NCBI GenBank assembly: GCA_963713435.1 | Contig: CAVQLU010000001.1 | Span: forward strand, 86,247-150,246 | DNA: 64,000 nt | Source of the DNA: an uncultured Actinomycetes bacterium | GTDB lineage: Bacteria > Actinomycetota > Thermoleophilia > Gaiellales > JALYLC01 | Direction of reading: 5' to 3' | Part shown: positions 60,456-64,000 of the stretch, one piece after another | Layout of the letters: each line of letters starts with the position of its first letter | Numbering within the stretch: the first letter of the stretch is position 1 | Made by a program: the position numbers and the translations under genes | Notes under the pieces: model-generated | The model's input: the letters and a program-made list of their open reading frames with translations, nothing else | Told to the model about the DNA's origin: nothing | Database searches by the model: none

Positions 60456-62033
60456 TCACCCGAACTGGTGGTGCCAGAAGTCGTAGAAGGAGGCAATGCC
60501 GGCGTGGACGCTCGACTGCTGCTCGGCCTTCACGAACATGTTCGCGGCCGTGTCGGTCCAGACGATCACGGAGCACGTCGGGCCGTTGACGTCGGTCAGC
60601 TGCATCTTGGCGACCAGATCGCACTGCCCGTCCGCCTGGTAGCAGGCATAACGACCGCTGACCGGACCCATCACCCCGCCGCCCGCCTCGTGGCTCCACG
60701 GCCCCTCTCCCCGCCAGCGAGTGCGGTTGCAGCCTCCCGTGGCCGCCTTCAACTGGGGGTCGGGAGTTCCACCGTGCGCCGCTACTGAGCCGGGTCCATG
60801 CAGCTTGTAGATCGGCACGAGATGCGCCAGATCGATGAAGCGGTCGAGATGCACCAGCGTACGTCCGTGCTTCGGATCGTTGAAGTCGCAGTTGATGGTC
60901 GCGACGCCACCGGCGTGTTCGGTGTTCGCAAACTTGCACGATCCACGGCGGATCGTCTTGGGGATTGCGAGCCAGAGCTTCGCCTGGTCGGCGTCTGCAT
61001 TCGCCGGCACATCGGTGACGTCGGCAGTCGCGGCAGTGTCGGTGTTCGATCCGGTGGTGTCCACGAGCGCTTCTCCAGTCGACACGGGCAGGTTCGAGCT
61101 ACCCGTCGAGTGGTCGCTACCGAGCTCATACGCGCCCACGAGCGCCAGCGCGAGGATGGCGACGATCCCCAGACCGGCCAGCCCTATGAGCCAACGGGGA
61201 GCGTCGGTCAGTCCGCCCCGGCTGCGCCCGCCTGACCCATGACCGCCGGAGCCGTCTTGCCGCCCTCCCGCTCCCCCTCCACCTCCGGCAGGCGGCGCCG
61301 AGCTGCCGGCTCCGCCAGCCGTCGCGAGAGGCGCCATCGGCGCGGCAGCCGGACGAGTCGGCGACTGCGAACCCGGCGGGGCCTGCGAATGTCCGGGTGT
61401 CTCCGCGCGGTCATCCGAAGTGCCGGGCGCGCGCCTCGCCTCATCCTCGCTCGGCGCTGCAGCCCTGGGCATCCCCGCCTCCGCCGCGATCGCCGGCTCT
61501 GTGGGGATTCGGGATCGGCTTCCCTCGAGGCTTCCCAACTCGAGTGGAGGCGGCGCCTCAGCCTGGCTTTCTCCCGCTCGGATTCGCTCGAGCAGGTTCA
61601 TGAGCCGTGCGACGTCGTATTGCCAGCGCGGGCCGTCGGACATCTCGACGGCGTTTCGCATCGCCAGTGGAGCGAGCGTCCCGGGCAGGTCGTCTGCAAC
61701 CGGCATGATCGCCCCGGCGATGAGTGCCGGGACGACGCGGATGTCGCGTCCGAGTGCCGCCTCGACCTCGAGGCGCACGTAGTCATCGGAGCGGCTGAGG
61801 CGACGCTCGCCTCGGCTGTCGGCAGCCGTCAGCCAGCGCGGGCCAATCATGACGAACAGCACGTCGCAGGCCGACACTGCCGTCTCGATCGCGCGCTTGA
61901 ACTCGACGCCGATGTCGATCGTGTCGACATCCATGAAGACGTTGTCCTGGCCGAGTTTGTCGGCGAGCGCGTCATACAGGCGGCCGGCTTGGCCACTCGT
62001 GTCTTCACGCCGGTAGCTGATGAAAACGCGCAC
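60456..62033 (-). CDS. Membrane-anchored TIR domain protein with Cys-rich extracellular domain
   Basis: VFISYRREDT, VFMDVD, IGPRW, DYVRLEV; Pro/Ala/Gly linker; TM helix; six Cys in the C-terminal domain. Confidence 0.85.
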   Translation of the reverse strand: MRVFISYRREDTSGQAGRLYDALADKLGQDNVFMDVDTIDIGVEFKRAIETAVSACDVLFVMIGPRWLTAADSRGERRLSRSDDYVRLEVEAALGRDIRVVPALIAGAIMPVADDLPGTLAPLAMRNAVEMSDGPRWQYDVARLMNLLERIRAGESQAEAPPPLELGSLEGSRSRIPTEPAIAAEAGMPRAAAPSEDEARRAPGTSDDRAETPGHSQAPPGSQSPTRPAAAPMAPLATAGGAGSSAPPAGGGGGAGGRQDGSGGHGSGGRSRGGLTDAPRWLIGLAGLGIVAILALALVGAYELGSDHSTGSSNLPVSTGEALVDTTGSNTDTAATADVTDVPANADADQAKLWLAIPKTIRRGSCKFANTEHAGGVATINCDFNDPKHGRTLVHLDRFIDLAHLVPIYKLHGPGSVAAHGGTPDPQLKAATGGCNRTRWRGEGPWSHEAGGGVMGPVSGRYACYQADGQCDLVAKMQLTDVNGPTCSVIVWTDTAANMFVKAEQQSSVHAGIASFYDFWHHQFG

Positions 62034-62502
62034 GGCCTAGGACGTGTCGTCCGGTCGCGAGACCATCGCCATGTGCTGTCTCCGCGGCGCGCCAGCCCAC
62101 CTGCGTCGACCGAATCGGCGCTCAGGCACGCGGTTTCGCGTCACTTCCGCCTCCGGCAAGCCCGCCGGGATCATCGCGTGAGGGTAGCCCGCGCAGACAG
62201 GCTTGTCCACCCCCGTCATCGCGTTCGCCTCTGGATCACGGCGAACGCGCGCCAGAGGTTCCTGCTCGCCCTGAATGCTGCTGCCGTCCGAGCTGACAAG
62301 CATGACCACGGTGTCGATAGGCGCGCTGGGCATACAACACTCTCTCTTCGCCGACCCGGGAGGCCTCGCGCGGACCCTAGATGTGAGTCCGACCGGCCGC
62401 CGTGACCGTGCGCACGGTGCGAGATTGACGCCTGTCACACGCCCGCACCGCGCCGGGGAGGTGGAAGCCACCGGAGATCGCGCGCTCGCCACGTTCGACG
62501 AT

Positions 62503-62886
62503 CTACGTATCGATCGTCTGTGAGAGCTCGACGAGGTTTCCGTCAGGATCGCGAACGTAGAGCGAGGCAATGGCTGACATCGCGCCTGTGCGTTGGACCG
62601 GACCGAGCTCGACCGGTATGCCGGCGCGCGCAAGCGACTCGGCCACCTCTCCGAGACTGTCAGACACCAAGAGACAGATGTCCGCCGACCCGCGCGTGGG
62701 GCGCGCTGCAGAGGGCGCCAGCTCCGCACCTGCTTGATGGAGGTTGAGCTTCTGACTTCCGAAACGGAGAGCCTCTCGACCCTCGCCAAACGTCTCTCGC
62801 CACATACCCAGCGACTCGTAGAACCGGACGGTCGCCTCGATGTCCGAAACCGTCAGAACGAGGTGGTCGAGCGACCGGATGTGCAT
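62503..62886 (-). CDS. VOC family protein (copy 2, close paralog of 44531-44914)
   Basis: Same 127-aa length and mostly identical sequence. Confidence 0.9.
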   Translation of the reverse strand: MHIRSLDHLVLTVSDIEATVRFYESLGMWRETFGEGREALRFGSQKLNLHQAGAELAPSAARPTRGSADICLLVSDSLGEVAESLARAGIPVELGPVQRTGAMSAIASLYVRDPDGNLVELSQTIDT

Positions 62887-63033
62887 GCGCCCAAAGCTAG
62901 CCGAGATGCCCGAGCAGCGGCGCGGGCGACCGGCTGACCGGAGGCGGTGCGCCAGCTGTGCGAGGCGGACTGTTCGACTCCAAACATTTCACTTGTGATA
63001 GCCGCGCGCCGGCGTGGGCTTCCCCTCAGTTTA

Positions 63034-63059
63034 CGAAGCCCTCTCAGGGACTCGAACCC
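63034..63059 (-). mobile_element. Short att-like tRNA-Thr 3'-end remnant
   Basis: CGAAGCCCTCTCAGGGACTCGAACCC is identical to 58213-58238. Confidence 0.65.
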
Positions 63060-63303
63060 ATTCGCCCCACGCAGCGCGTGCTCGCTCGCGCATTGGCAGC
63101 CCGTGCTCACAGCCGCTCACCTGGCAAGGGCTTCGCGTACAACGGGCATTGCCGTTGGAGCTCACGGAGGCCGGAGTTTTCGGTGTAGGCCGACCCCGGA
63201 CTCATCGTCGGGTATCAAAAACGTGCCGCCTCTTGTCCTTCTCTTTGTTGCAAATGTCGCTTGTCCAGCCTATCGTCGCTCGGCTTCGAGCGAAGGAGGA
63301 GGC

Positions 63304-64000
63304 ATGAGCCTCGCGGCGAGCTGGGAGGCTGAGCGTGACGATGCCGAGGTGGTTCGGCTCGCGCTCGTTCTCAATGGCGGCGTGAGCCTCGCGGTCTGGA
63401 TCGGAGGCGTGACGCACGAGCTCGATCGGCTCCGGCGGGCGTTCGAGATGGAGCAGACGAGCACCTACGCTCAACTGCTCCGGTGTCTGGGTTGCGTTGT
63501 GCGGATCGATGTGATCGGCGGGGCGAGCGCGGGCGGTCTGAACGGCGCGATGCTGGCGAGCGCGATCGCCTATGGGCGCTCGCTCGAGACTGCGGGTGAG
63601 ATCGGCGGGGAAGGATCTGCAAGCGCCGGTCCGTGGATGCGCGAGCGCTGGCTCGAGCTCGGCGATCTCGCGCACATCATGCGCAAGCCCTCGAATTCCG
63701 AGCCCGGTCCTTCTTCCCTGCTCGATGGCGATGGCGGCATGCTCGAGCCGCTCCGAGACCTGATCTTCACTGAGCTCGTGCCCAATACCGGGCCGGCGGA
63801 CACGGCGAGATGCCAGCCAGTTACCTACGTTGCTACGACGACGGATGTTGTCGGGGATCCGTCGCGGCGGTTCGACGACTATGGCGCGGAGTTCCGCGAT
63901 CGTGAGCACCGCGCGTTGTTGGAGTTCATTGCTGATCCCAGCAATGAGTGGGCCACGACGCGTGATGACGATTTCGTGCTCAAACGGGGTGCCTACGCAG
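63304..64000 (+). CDS. Patatin-like phospholipase (DUF3376-associated type), truncated by the window end
   Basis: RLALVLNGGVSLAVWIGGV and DVIGGASAGGLNG; AGGAGG RBS. Confidence 0.85.
   Translation, partial: MSLAASWEAERDDAEVVRLALVLNGGVSLAVWIGGVTHELDRLRRAFEMEQTSTYAQLLRCLGCVVRIDVIGGASAGGLNGAMLASAIAYGRSLETAGEIGGEGSASAGPWMRERWLELGDLAHIMRKPSNSEPGPSSLLDGDGGMLEPLRDLIFTELVPNTGPADTARCQPVTYVATTTDVVGDPSRRFDDYGAEFRDREHRALLEFIADPSNEWATTRDDDFVLKRGAYA

Noticed and set aside
62037-62332. Short ORF MPSAPIDTVVMLVS... upstream of the TIR gene
   Set aside because: It has a plausible RBS but no recognisable motif and may be a decayed fragment; not enough support to annotate.

Overview
High-GC bacterial DNA. Gene content and style suggest Actinomycetota, probably Thermoleophilia (inference). 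About ten genes carry small frameshifts that look like long-read indel errors. The left part (1-14 kb) is catabolic: a GST/VOC/CoA-ligase/citryl-CoA-lyase-like operon, and an acv/hpe-type hydroxyacetophenone operon (two-subunit phenol kinase, biotin carrier, carboxyltransferase, HAD phosphatase) that lacks the biotin carboxylase gene. The middle holds regulators, a secreted heme peroxidase, ACC deaminase and a DyP-encapsulin pair. It also holds a three-gene module in which a membrane Ser/Thr kinase and a small secreted protein share the same unrecognised extracellular domain and flank a SARP-USP regulator; this is the best candidate for an undescribed system. The right part (44-64 kb) is a mosaic accessory region with three tRNA-Thr(GGT) 3'-end remnants, two of them followed by paired GTTGACATC boxes. 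It contains duplicated and decayed genes, an ECF sigma/anti-sigma/RTX-protein module, a membrane TIR protein next to a TPR-SLOG-like nucleotide cyclase, and a truncated patatin. I saw no integrase, rRNA, intact tRNA or CRISPR array. All family calls come from motif recognition by eye; no database searches were run.
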